From Bugula neritina (lineage: Eukaryota > Animalia > Bryozoa): a DNA stretch of 64,000 bases. The translations under genes and the position numbers were made by a program. Below, one piece after another: positions 47,216 to 59,769 of this stretch (position 1 is its first letter; each line of letters opens with the position of its first letter). Location of the stretch: the NCBI GenBank assembly GCA_964035545.1, contig OZ037767.1, forward strand, positions 30,334,628-30,398,627, given 5' to 3'. The notes under the pieces were generated by a model. The model did no database searches. It was not told the DNA's origin and worked only from the letters and a program-made list of their open reading frames with translations.

Positions 47216-48344
47216 TTTGAAAACTTGGTTTACTTTTTTATTTACTATTTACAGAACAACCAAATCTACAGCAATGCCCTTACCACTAAAGAAATTGTTC
47301 TAGTTATATTAGCTAGTGCTACGAATCTGTCAGCTAGACTTTTTGCACAATGCTAGTGCGAAATGTGTGGCTGTTTATTTATTCAAGCTACTTCCTCGCT
47401 TCGTTGACCAATCAGATACTTGGTGAGGTACACAACAGTAGACAACTCCCAAACAAATTGTTTCTTTATATTATGTCAATATATCAATAATAAATGACAG
47501 CTCTATTTAAATAAAAATACTCGTATGATTGTTTACTACATTAAAGTACTTCAACTAGTGTTTTAATTTAAGGTATAAGTTATTACATCCATTTGAAGCA
47601 GAAGTTAATTGAAATATTTGATAAATATTTTAAATACTAGAAATGTTTAGGATAGACAATGGTTTTTATTTTGTGACTAACTAATCAGTCATAATGATAT
47701 AACGTAATTATTAGTACCAATAAAGAAACAGTGAGAGGAATGATTATACCTTCACCTCAATAAGGTGCTATATCTGTTATTATGCAATAGTATATAACAT
47801 CACAAATTGTATGCATAAATCGTTTATTGTATATTAATTCAAAAGTTACTGCCCTAAAAAGGCATTATACAAGTATTTATGAAAACTGACCACAACTTGT
47901 TACTAAATACCAGCAACTCAAAATGAAGCTTGTCTCTAAAAATATTTGATCATTATAAAGATAACAAAATAACTACGACAAGCTACAAAACACAATAGAT
48001 ATAAACTGCTGGTAATTGAGTGACATGAAAATCATACAACATGATGTATATTCGGACGACGTAAAGTAATTTATGAAAATGAAAAAAAGTCTAGAATAAT
48101 CTACAAAATTGACAAAATAAGCAGAATTACAAGATGTCAGATCTGTAATAAGATGCAAAAAGTGCTATCAGATAAACCAATTCTCAAAGGACAGCAAAAA
48201 AGGACAGTAGAATGTACGTCTGTGTAATGTGTAGAAAACTTCATTTGCAACTTGCAGGTAATACAACTCCAAATCTTTACAAAACATAGGTAGCATAACT
48301 CCTAATACAACTTTTAGGTAACAGTCCTATGATTAGATGGCAGT

Positions 48345-51277
48345 TTATATGCCACCGGAGCTACTGGTAACTCCCATAACATACTGTTTGTAGTATTTAT
48401 TCATTTGCTCTAAGAATATAAATGTTAGGACAGTATGAGGACCCAGCCTAGCGTAGTAGGGTGTGAATCCTTTCCACAGGCTAAGAATTCCTTCAGATTT
48501 GATGGTCTTACTCAGTACATCCTGTCAAAAGAAGACACAAGAATAGTTTTGCATGCAATAGCACAAAACACAGCAATGATGTAAAAATGAAAACTAAAAA
48601 TTCATAATTAAAGACAGCCTTTCTGACAAAATGCTACACAGAATTGGCAAATAATTTAGCTATTACGTAACAGCCTCACTCGGCTAGCCTACAAATCTAA
48701 CTAAACTTACGATGGCTCCCTTGTACTCTGGTTTCCCATCTATAATCTTCATGTTTTGGATCCTAGTCTTTGCTATATCAACTGGCATAGAAGCCGCAGT
48801 AGTGACCAGTCCACTGATCATACTGGCACAGAAATGCAGCAGTACTCCTTCCTCAAAATAGCCTGTGGAGAAGAGCCCTTGTTTAGCCTGAGAATAAGAA
48901 GCGAGCTGAGCGGCGTTGACTACCATTGCCCGTATTATAGTAGGACCACAGCCTCTCCATAGCGTGAGTACCCCTTCATCTCTGATGATACGAGAGAGGG
49001 CATTGAAGACGCTGGTGTATCCCCTTCTTTCAGCTGCTGGCAGTCTAGACAGTGGGAAAACAAGAATGGTCTTGAGAAATTTATGAATGATACACTGTTA
49101 CACTGTCATGGTCTAAGCAAATGCTTGAGTATGAAATTGTAATACTGAAACAATACACAATACAACAAATTCGACAAAAACGTGAGAAACGAAATTTTTG
49201 AAGAGTTGTTTAAGAATTCTTTTCTATTTAGGGAATAAGACAAATTTACAAGAACAATACTGAACAAGGTGTTTTGGTGAATATGCAGATATGTTATCAT
49301 AAACAAGTAAGTACAGCACAACAGCATGCATGTTATGACATGCTATGACATGTACATAGTGAAAGAGAAGAAACCCACCTGCCATCAGCTGTCATTCTAA
49401 TTAGAGAAATCTCTGCAGGTGTGCCCACAAATGCAGCCGTTCCGCCAGCACTCATGCCAAGAACAGCTTTGGTGAGGAAGTTGGGGGGCGTCCCGTCTGG
49501 TGAGCTAAGTAATACAAAGCTAAGTCAAGGTCGTACTGACTCGAGCATTTGAAACCTAGTACGATAAGTTAATCACAATGACTAGCAGAGCTACTATTTC
49601 CATCTAGTCTACATACAACGGACTTGATAAATTTGTTATAAGTGCTCACTTGGCTTAATATATCCTTGGCAACACTCTGAAGAATATTACCCTAAGCTGA
49701 GCAGTAGTTATAGAAAGAGAAACTGACTAGAAACCTGATGATGTGTTTAAAGAGTTGAGTGACATTTATACACAAAGTGTATAACCTGAGCTGTTTACCT
49801 GAACTTCTCGAATAGCATGGAGTATATGCCGAGTCTAGTGGTGGTATATGTAGCTTGTCTCAACAGCCCAGCTGACAAACTGAAATCAAGTAAATACTCA
49901 AGTTCTCAACTCTGCCACATATTTATAAATGCTAACATTTCACGAGATGGAATCATGCACACGCAGTGGGTTACATGCGCGATGTTATCTTAGTATTAAC
50001 AGAAACATATTGCAGTGAATACCCTGTGTATATTCCTATTACTCCTTCATTCCTGAGAATAGTAGTAAGGGCGTGAAATGTGTTTTTATATTGTCTGGCT
50101 TTGCCACCCTCCCCACTCAACTGCATTCGGTTCTTCACTAAGTCTAATGGCTGAACAAACACTGTGGCAGCCATCCTGTTAAAGACAAAAGTTATAATAA
50201 GTAACAGATAACTATGTGTATGAATTACGAATAATTATCATAAAATACTATTAGAATAAGATAATCAAGAATGATGTTCATAATGACGCTTGAGTAACTC
50301 TAATTCAATCTGACACCTAGTCAACCTCATGACTCACAACTGCTGACACATAGAAACAAACTCAATTTAAATTTTAATTGAACTACATTAGCATTGGGAC
50401 AACTTTCATAGTTGTATCATTGTCCCATTTGTAAATGATAGTCTTTCTGAGAGCACCATTGTAATTGAACAAATTGATAGCATTTTATAAAAGCTCAAAT
50501 CAGTACCCACATTCAAATATCAGCTGTTATAATTAACAACTTTTAACAACATCAGGTTTAATTAGGATTGAAATCTCTCATTAAACCTAGCATAACTTCT
50601 ATTGACTCTTCAAGCTTTGAATTGTAGTAATAAAATTTATTGAGTGTATTAGAAAGAGGATTACTATGAGTTTACATGCTGTGTATGAAATATCTAATAA
50701 CTTTAGGAACTACCAAGTTACTGATAGTGATACTATTAGTATTAGTTTGTTTCATTTTGAGTTTGGTTGTGAGAAAGTGAATGTCAATGTCTAATGACTA
50801 AGTGATAAGTCTAACTCTACGTGTTACTAGCTTTCAAGTTTGTCAGTTATAAGAGTAATACGTATAGTAATACTTATTACTATTAGATTAATAGATAATA
50901 GTAAATTAGTTATATCTAAACTTATACTTATAGTAAGTCGAATTGTGAATAATAGAAATACTAATACTAATAGTAATAGTAAATGTAATAGTACACTAAC
51001 AGTAACAGTCACACTCACACTGACATTGGGGGTTGAAATTAAGTTATTAGCTGGTAACTGTAAAACTAAATGCAAAACAGAGACCAAGAGTAAGAAAAAG
51101 TGCAACTTGCAAGAGTTAGATTTAGTCAACAAGATTAACTTTAAGTGTAAGTGAAAAGTCAGAGTCTTAGAGTAACTGTAAGAGTTACTGTTAGACTTAT
51201 TTATTAGTGACTTACCCTGCAAGACCACCAAAAGTAAATTTAATATATTTCGGAGTGGAAGTTTGAGGCTGTGACAT
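48345..51277 (-). CDS. SLC25A11: Mitochondrial 2-oxoglutarate/malate carrier, 310 aa. Exons: 51277-51216, 50175-50023, 49879-49799, 49504-49379, 49044-48711, 48521-48345
   Basis: FGGLAGMAATVFVQPLDLVKNRMQ, LSAGLLRQATYTTTRLG, GTPAEISLIRMTADGR, VVNAAQLASY, SMPVDIAKTRIQ, WKGFTPYYARLGPHTVLTF; three carrier repeats; 933 nt in frame. Confidence 0.96.
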
Positions 51278-51654
51278 AGTGTATAATGAGCTTGCCTTCT
51301 TAAGATTCAAAAATGATAGACTGATAAAATTGTTGACTGTAATAATTTACAATTCGGTCATTTATTATTTAAAAATAAATGACTATTCATTCCGAGATCA
51401 GTGTTTTGCAACATGACATATAATAGCCTTCGGACTATCGAAATAAATTTTATGCTTCGTGATTTATTACGTAGGTAATGCTCAAATTAGTTAAAGCTGA
51501 AAGGCAACTAAGGCTTTATGACCGGTCGTGGTTTTCGGCCAATTATCGTGCAAGCCTGCAATTTACAGCCAATGGGATTGTCACCGACTAAAGTTATAGT
51601 AAAATAAACTTCAGCCTCGTTTCAGATGTTCTTTTCCGCTTGTACGTCTTCAAG
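51278..51654. promoter_or_regulatory. Compact bidirectional promoter region between SLC25A11 and RPL10A
   Basis: Start codons 377 bp apart, head-to-head; CCAAT at 51539 and 51569; pyrimidine TCT/5'TOP-like CTTTTCC at 51631. Confidence 0.75.
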
Positions 51655-53318
51655 ATGAGGTTAGTGTGATCATTTACTGAGTTTTAATCTAATAGCATCT
51701 GTGTCAACTATTAACATTGAACGAAATCAGACATTTAATTTTGGTACACTTGGCTTATTTATGTCGCAGTTTATTGTTTTTATGTAAGTTAAATTCTTTT
51801 GAGCAATGGCCTAACCGGGAAATGTTGTTTACAGTAGTAAGCTTCAGCGAGACCAACTACGTGAACACGTGGAGAATGTTCTCCAAAGGTGTGCTGCTAA
51901 GCCAAGAAAGTTTACAGAAACCATAGAGCTACAAATAACTCTGAAAAACTACGATCCCCAAAGAGACAAGCGTTTCTCCGGAACTGTCAAGTAAGCCAAC
52001 CTGAGCCATTTACCTTGACTTGATTACAAAGTCAGTCAAATGGTGACCAGGTAGTTCGGTATTGCTGAACGGACACGTACCCGGTGTCTTAAATAAATGG
52101 GTAGGCTTTGGCCGAACAATTTGTTTTCAGACAATGAAAATATAGTATTGGTGCTATAAAACTGAAGGTAGCAGGTTTGTTTAATGTTACAAATATTTCA
52201 ATTTATTTGCAATTACTGGTATGATTATAAGAATTGCTATATTAATATAAATAATTTGCGTTAATAAATTGCTTTTTAAAGTAACACTCTTGATTTGGGC
52301 GATGGCCGAGTTATTGTCCTAATATATTACAGTTTCAGTTTGTCTATTTGTAAAGAAATATAGTTGCCATCCATTTCGCTGTCCATTCTAGAAACATGAA
52401 TCTTATTTCAGGCTAAAGCATATCCCCAAGCCTAAACTTAAACTTTGTGTGATTGGAGATGAACGTCATTTGGACGAAGCAAAATCAATTGGCCTGGACT
52501 GCAAAAGTATGGATGATCTGAAGAAACTGAACAAGGACAAAAAGCTGGTCAAAAAATTAGGTAAAAATAAATTTCGTAGATCCAGCAACTAATTATTACA
52601 AAGTCTTATTTGAAAACCAGATGCCATTGTATGATGACAAGCTGTGGGGAGACTCAGATAGTCGATGAATCCATCTTGGAGATCTGAAGTGGCAGTCCAT
52701 TCCATTTTGACTTTGCTTCACCTTCTTTTGTTAGTTGACATCTCATACTTGTGTATTTTAGCCAAATCCTATGACGCTTTCCTGGCTTCTGACACCGTCA
52801 TCAAGACCATTCCCAGAGTGTTGGGACCAGGGTTGAACAAAGCTGGTAAATTTCCCACCGTCCTCAGTCATAATGAGAAAATGAAGGACAAAGCAGAAGA
52901 AGTAAAGGCAACCATCAAGTTCCAGATGAAAAAGGTAATGACTAATAAGCTGATGTTGTATTTTCCTTCAGCTAGTATTGTGTGCTGGGCGCATGCTCTT
53001 TGTTTATGCTGGTTTGTCACTGATGTGCAAACTGCTCAAGTGGCATGCTATATTAGTGGAAGATCTAACTGCCATTCACATCTTCATAGTGTTAGTGGTA
53101 AGTGTCTGTCCAACACCTCCAGCTCACTGACTTTATGCTATTTTCAGGTGCTTTGCCTTGCTGTTGCCGTTGGACATGTCAAGATGGAGCGTGAAGAGCT
53201 TGTAGCAAATATCAACATGGCTGTCAACTTTCTTGTCTCTCTGCTGAAGAAGAACTGGCAGAATGTCCGCTCACTTTACATCAAGTCCACCATGGGATCT
53301 TCTGAAAGAATTTACTAA
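51655..53318 (+). CDS. RPL10A: 60S ribosomal protein L10a (uL1), 217 aa. Exons: 51655-51659, 51835-51990, 52412-52560, 52762-52934, 53148-53318
   Basis: [88 protein letters not shown]; 654 nt; AATAAA at 53341. Confidence 0.98.
52000..52118 (+). promoter_or_regulatory. Structured intronic element with alternative 5' splice sites (candidate uL1 autoregulatory element)
   Basis: Hairpin 52000-52051, second fold 52055-52116, cryptic donors at 52051 and 52101; read-through past the normal donor gives an immediate TAA. Confidence 0.5.
52622..52694 (+). ncRNA. Box C/D snoRNA (SNORD55/U55-like) in RPL10A intron 3
   Basis: C box ATGATGA 52631-52637, D box CTGA 52684-52687, terminal stem TGCCATT/AGTGGCA; guide CATCTTGGAGA pairs (with a G-U) to conserved 28S UCUCCAAGGUG. 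U55 assignment is from memory. Confidence 0.82.
52990..53118 (+). ncRNA. Box H/ACA snoRNA in RPL10A intron 4
   Basis: Hairpin 1 (GCATGC...GCATGC, upper stem GTTTGTCAC/GTGCAAAC), H box ATATTA 53050-53055, hairpin 2 (TGGA...TCCA), ACA 53113-53115; ~129 nt. Confidence 0.72.
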
Positions 53319-55600
53319 ATTGTACCAATTTTGTGAACGCAATAAAAATTATTGAGAAAAAATATATCTTGTTTTGTTCTTTGTTAGTATAGTTGTACTA
53401 GTTTCTTACTCAGTGATGATATAATCATACTGAACTACACTAAATGTGTATTATAATTATCGTGATCACCAAAAGAACACCCATCATGCCTCGGCAGTTA
53501 AAATGTAACAATCTGTATCGACTGATTTATAGAAGCAAGAAAATTGATTGTGCTGTCATTACATAACCTTGCACCAGTTTAATGATTGGCTTTTTTAAGT
53601 TGTAATAGCATTACGAAGTACTTAAATTTGGGAATAACGAAGCCTTGCAGAAAATATTGGGTCTTGGTAAAATGGAGAACTTCCAAATATACAAATTTGT
53701 TCAGAACATCTGGTAATGGGCATTAAACATCGTAAGCATCCAGGTTATTTTGATAAAATCAATTACTGTTAATTAAAAGATCATACTTTTTTAGTAGCAT
53801 TCACAAAATATATACAAAAAATCTCAACTCAATATACCAGAAAAAATGAATTAAAATATATGTGTTAATAGCACTGATATTGACGTGACCGTGGCACATG
53901 AAAAATCTGAAAAAAGAGTTGTCTTCTTTTTTTCTATATTAATATATAGAGCTTGTCGTGAAAATAAAGATTTTTTTAAAAAAATATTGTGACCCTCTGG
54001 TAACTTCCTGAATTTAGAAAATTAGCTCATATATTTCTTTTCATGTGGACAACAGCTCACTTTTTTTAAAATTTATTTTGAAGCTCTTTTCGTAAAAAAT
54101 AATCAAAAGTAAAAAATCCAAAATTTTTACAAATTGGTTCGGGGCTTGACGTGAAAGGCATTTGGACGAAGATGTCAAGGTCACCATTAATAAATTTATT
54201 TCATCACAATTCACAATACTGCACGGAAAGTTAATGAAGTGAGCTGAAAATTAGGTTGCTAGCATATTGAATTTGATATACATTATATTGATTGTTGCAG
54301 TATTATTTTTGAAATTTGTTTTATCAGTTATGTTTAACTTCTTCATAGAGCTGCTGTTAGACTAAGAGTAAGACATAATATTAGCAACAATGATAATATT
54401 AATAATAATATTTATATTAAATTAAAATTATTATTAAATTCACGGTGAAGTATCACTATCACTATGAGTATGAGTATCGTATAAATTAATTATGAGTATG
54501 AGTATCACTATGACATTAACTCAATCAATGATTGACTATTACTATGAATATGAATATGGCTTCTAATTCTTGTAACTTTTGACTATGACGATGCTGATAC
54601 TGATAGTGATAATCACTGCCAGCCCAAGTCTCATACTCATAGTGATACTATTAGTATTAATAATTAGTATTACTATTAGTACAACTACTAGTATTACTCA
54701 TAGTTCTGATAATGATGCAGATGATAGTTTTAAAAGTTCTACTTCTACTTTTATAGTAAGCTAGATTGTATATGTTGAGCTCTACTCATTTTTTACTACT
54801 AATTTGCTAATACTAATACTAATAGTAATAGTAATACTAATAATAGTTATAGTTGTTATAATGATAGTAATACTAATAGTAATAATAACTATTTCAATTT
54901 GATAATTTATGTTTTATAACAGCATTATCGCTTATCATTTACATTGGTTCATAATATGCTTATTTTAATTTTGCTTTGTGTGTTTTGTCATGTTGTAAAT
55001 TTAAGTTCGTATGGTTATTTAATGAACTAGAGAACTAGCCAAATGTTATGTAACGGTTGCAGTAATTTACTATAAACTCAGTGAAATTTAAAACCTAATT
55101 GATATTACTATGACATTGATTGTACAGAGGTAGCTAAAATATACATTAAATTACCAATAATTTTAATTCGCCAATACACTATGAGTAGAACAATCAAATG
55201 CAATGATAGAAAATTAATTAGTCATAGCAGCCCGTTGCTTGAGGAACATTGAGCTACAGGTCTAAAATGATGTAGTTTTGTGATCCCTTATATAACAAAA
55301 TAATTTTTTCAAACTGGTTTAATACTTTTATTATAAACACGCTTATCAAAGTAACATGTTTTTGATGTATATTCTATTAAAAAAGCAATCACATCAGGTT
55401 TTCAATTTGTATGTTGTACAAAGTTTATTATGGTGACAAGTTACTAAATTATATGGTTCAGCTTTGTAAAGTAAAGCTGATAAAATAAAAACAATTATGT
55501 GATTGTTTTACTCCTATATATTAAATTTAAATGAGTTGAATAATATCCTAGTGCAGTGAATTAGATATTTTTTTAGCTTTGGTACACCTGTTTGTTATAG

Positions 55601-56229
55601 GCTAACATTCCACCAATAGAAGAATGGTGCAAGTAGAAGAAATTTTAGGCGCAGAAAGCTAAGGAGCAGTCAGAATGCTGCCAGAGTTGTGAAGAGGCAC
55701 TTGAAAAAGCTGAATTTCAATAATGACATGAAATTCGTAACAGATCACCCTGGTGTATTTGAACTGACATGGCCAGCAGAGTTCTCGAAGTCACATACAA
55801 CAGCTATTTACATCATCATGGTTAGCTTAAATTTAATTCCTATATCAGTCTCTAATATATAGTTTGATATCTGCTGTAAATTTGCTTAAGGAGCATACAC
55901 ATAACCAAAACTGAGTTACACTATTGTATTTGTTCTTGAATATATTTACCAAGATAAGTAGATTTGCTAATTCATTAACAGTAAAATTATAATGATACAA
56001 CAATTTTTCTTTTAGATGATTCAATCAATAACACAAGACACTACAACATGGTTTTGCAGTTATAGAGTATTAATTTTCTGGCTCTTTCCAAATCTTCATA
56101 GAAGGCAAAGAAAACCACTGTCAGCTTGCCTTTATAACTGAGTGCACGCGTCTTCCACCTACAGATGATGATAAACAATTTGCTGGTGTGGAACTTTCTA
56201 ATTTTGTTTACAATGAAGATAGATTATAG
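55601..56229 (+). pseudogene. Possible decayed two-exon coding remnant, family unknown
   Basis: Two coding-like segments with plausible splice sites (55601-55820, 56016-56229), broken by stops or frameshifts; no motif recognised. Confidence 0.25.
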
Positions 56230-59001
56230 GACATTATTCTTTATGTAAAGATTGTCAAGTTTTGTTATAATTAAGAACAGTTTTAGTTTCAATAAATCGG
56301 TTCAACATTATGGACATCATTGCACAAGCATTTTAATCTTTACTATCTACAAAGGTATCTGATGGACTACTTGAAAATACAAAACTATGCTCCAGATACA
56401 CAATGAACTGACCAGCAAAGTTAAAATGAGTTGGAGATGTAGAACATAATATCTTGTTCAAGGCTTTTCCCTGCTGTTGGAACCTTCTACTTCAGAACAC
56501 TGAATTGAACAAACATATGTAGATGTATGAAACTTTGCAAACAATAATAATGTGAAATTAGTTGCTAAGTATTACATTGCTAATAAATACAGCGTTGTGT
56601 AATGTTTTATTTAATTTTTTTTGAGCCATTTGATCTATAGGCCTGCATAGTATTTACTATATTATAACTAATAAATTGCAGACACATTATGTCAGACCAG
56701 TTTCCATTTAAATAGAATCGTGTAGGCTATCAAATTTGTAGAAGTAAAAAACCGAATTCTTATTGAGTAAAATACTTGCCTTTTTTTTCATGATGCCTCT
56801 ACTGCTAAAAAGAGAAGTTTTTATCAATACAGCTCCATCAATCTGTATCCTGATGAAGCTAGTAGTTTAGGAACATTTGTGGCGGGGAGTGTAGGCTGAG
56901 CTGCAGTATAGGAAGAACCCCAACATATGTAATCTATTCAGCACATTATATGTATATTTATTCAAAAAAGAATTTAGAAAACGCTTTATGAAGCATGAAC
57001 AAAGTAAAAATTAATGCTGGTGAAAGTAATATTATTACACCCATTAGAATTACTAGCAGCTATAGCATTAAAATTATGTATTTTCATAAAAATGTGTCTA
57101 ATTTATGCTACAAAGTTATTACTGCCAAAGGTTACAAAATTTACCAGTCACATTCATGCAGCTGGCGGAGAATAACTAACTTTCACATGCAATAAATACA
57201 ATTAGTAGCTCAATCTAAAACTAATGCGCTATTAAATGTTAGGAGTATAAGTTATAGTTATTCTAAGGAATAATTGCAAAAAAGTTACTTAGAGGAATTT
57301 AACTCTTATTATAATGTAATTATCTTCCAAGATATATTACAACATCACTACTTGGATGCATACAATGTCATATTTATATTGGCATCAACATAATTTTCAA
57401 TAATTTCCAATCTATTAACTTGAGCATTATGATTGTGATTATTTTATAAATAAGGCGATGATTAGGCACTGTTGGTATTTTGGTTCAATTTATTAATAGC
57501 TGTAACAGGCAGAGTTGTAAATATAATGGATATATCAAAATTCCAATGGGTATAGTACTCTAACACAACATTGATACTAATAATTGTAGCCACTTACTCT
57601 TAGAGTTAGTGAATAATGATACAGTCATAACAATCTGAATTTCAATCAGCATTAGAGATAGGCTGACTGCTTTATAATATTATAGTTATGTCAAATTGAA
57701 TTTATTCACTATAACTATACAATTTATGATTATAATTATAAATTAAAATAATTTAAATATTATATAATATATTGATAATTATTGGAATCATAATTATATT
57801 TATTGTTATGATCATTATGATTATAATTATTTAATATTATCTTTGTTTGTATTTAAAGTTGTTCCTTAAATTTAAAGTTGTTTAAGTTTTATAAATTTAT
57901 TATAATTATATTACTGTATAAGTATTGCTATTAGTATTAGTATAATTAAATTATTATAATTTATATTTTATTATTTATATTATTATTTATTTTACTTTTT
58001 ATTTTAAGACCAACAGTTCAAATTAATACTTGTGTCGTTTGTTTTATATTATAACTTACAAGTATAACTATTAACATAATAATTTTACATTTGTTATTAG
58101 TATTACTATGAATATAAATATTTATATTAATATAAATATAGCTATTGGTATAACTTATACTTATAGTTATAACTAATATTATAAGTATTAGTTTCGAAAC
58201 TGATTCTGCTCCGTAACTGATACTGTCATATGATTATCATTATGACTGATAATAGTATTAATAAATATAACCATTGAATATTATTAATAATAGTTCACCA
58301 ATAGGCGACAGTCATAGACTTAGAGTTAGAGTGAGAGTCATAGACATACTCATAGTCATAGTGATAGACTAGTGATACTCATAGTCATACTGATACTGTG
58401 ATTTAGTTTCACTGATTCAGTTACAAATTTTAAAACTTGGTTTTACGTAGACAACTACTAACCTATAATTCATCACAAAACGGTTGAAAATCATCATTTA
58501 CTGCATATTTAAGAGTAATTTTCTGGTAGTGTGGTCGACATGATAATTGAAATTAAAATAGGGAAAATAATTATTTTGTGATTTACAGCAAGTTACAAAC
58601 TAGCGAAATGGAATAGTCCATTTGAAAACAGTCAAATTAGTTACCTTTCTTGATGTTGCGTAGCTAACGTTAGTTATTAGTAGCCGCCCGAAGAGTAACA
58701 TTCATGTGATTTGAACTACGAATAACGAGAATCTGTGACAAACCCGCTTCTTAATAACTTTACGCGATATAAACTCACGCTACAATAGGGCTATTTTGCC
58801 ATCCCCACGTCAGAATAGGACACGGAGGGCACGCTCGCGGGCAAGTCTGGGCAAGTCCAAGACACCTAATATGACCACTTTTACTTACATTTTTGTAGTG
58901 TTTTCGTATAAGAAATTGGATAAAATGCTGATAAAACAGTTGAAAAGCATGCAAACTTTTGCTCAAATGTAATAAATAACCTGGAAGCTTACCGCCTTTA
59001 A

Positions 59002-59769
59002 AGGATTGCTCTATCTTAGTTTATTACAATCACATTATAATTATGAACTATAATCTAATGTGTATGCAAGCAATTGTGACTTTGCAAAGGGATATATGCC
59101 TAGAAAACAGCTTTTCAAAATTCCAATTTTGAGGGAGGTAAAATTTTCAGCCATGAAAAAGAATAGCCTAATACGTGACGTGTGAACGCCAGTAACTATG
59201 CTGCACGTGCTAACAATAACGCTAGTATTCAAGGTTGCTGAGCGCAACATCAACCAATAACGCTCAAGCAGTTACAGTGTGCTATATAGGTCAGCTTTGG
59301 TGCGCCCGTAATATTGCACAATCTGACCTAGTTTAGATCGATCGCAGGCATTCATCCTAAAGAATGCATGTTTTTGCAATGCTTTTTTCTATGCTTACAA
59401 GCAAAATATCGCCTAATGTTATCACATACATGTTATTTAACATGTCAAAAAACTATAGATTGAGATAATTCACATTTGCACTTCTATAAATATACAAATT
59501 ACGAGCTGAAAGATCACATCTCACAGTCATATTTCTATAGTTATTCATTTGTATAGTCACGTGACCAGCAGGAATGCTGGCGCTGTTACGTCACACTTCC
59601 CAGCTCATTTCAAAATCGGCGTTTTGGCTGTTACCAATCTACACCCTCAACTTCAACTAACTTTTTCTACCTTTGGTCAAATGCTTTTTGTCAATGCATG
59701 CTTAGAAAAACACAATATTATGTGTGTTTGACCTAAATGGCCATTTATTAGACAAGATAGAGCAATCCT
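59002..59769. mobile_element. Non-autonomous Kolobok-like DNA transposon (768 bp)
   Basis: Perfect 16-bp TIRs AGGATTGCTCTATCTT / AAGATAGAGCAATCCT with TTAA on both sides; AG..CT ends fit Kolobok better than piggyBac (CC..GG). Confidence 0.88.

Noticed and set aside
49734-49790. C/D-like boxes (TGATGA...CTGA) in an SLC25A11 intron
   Set aside because: Antisense to the host transcript, no convincing terminal stem or guide.
52055-52120. HDV-like ribozyme reading of the RPL10A intron pseudoknot
   Set aside because: No P3/L3 pyrimidine loop or P1.1 in the needed order.
52665-53318. 217-aa ORF as a stand-alone RPL10A variant
   Set aside because: Runs through intron 3 and intron 4 sequence; matching the true protein length is coincidence.
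53878-54191. Imperfect inverted ends suggesting a small MITE
   Set aside because: Too many mismatches and no clear TSD.
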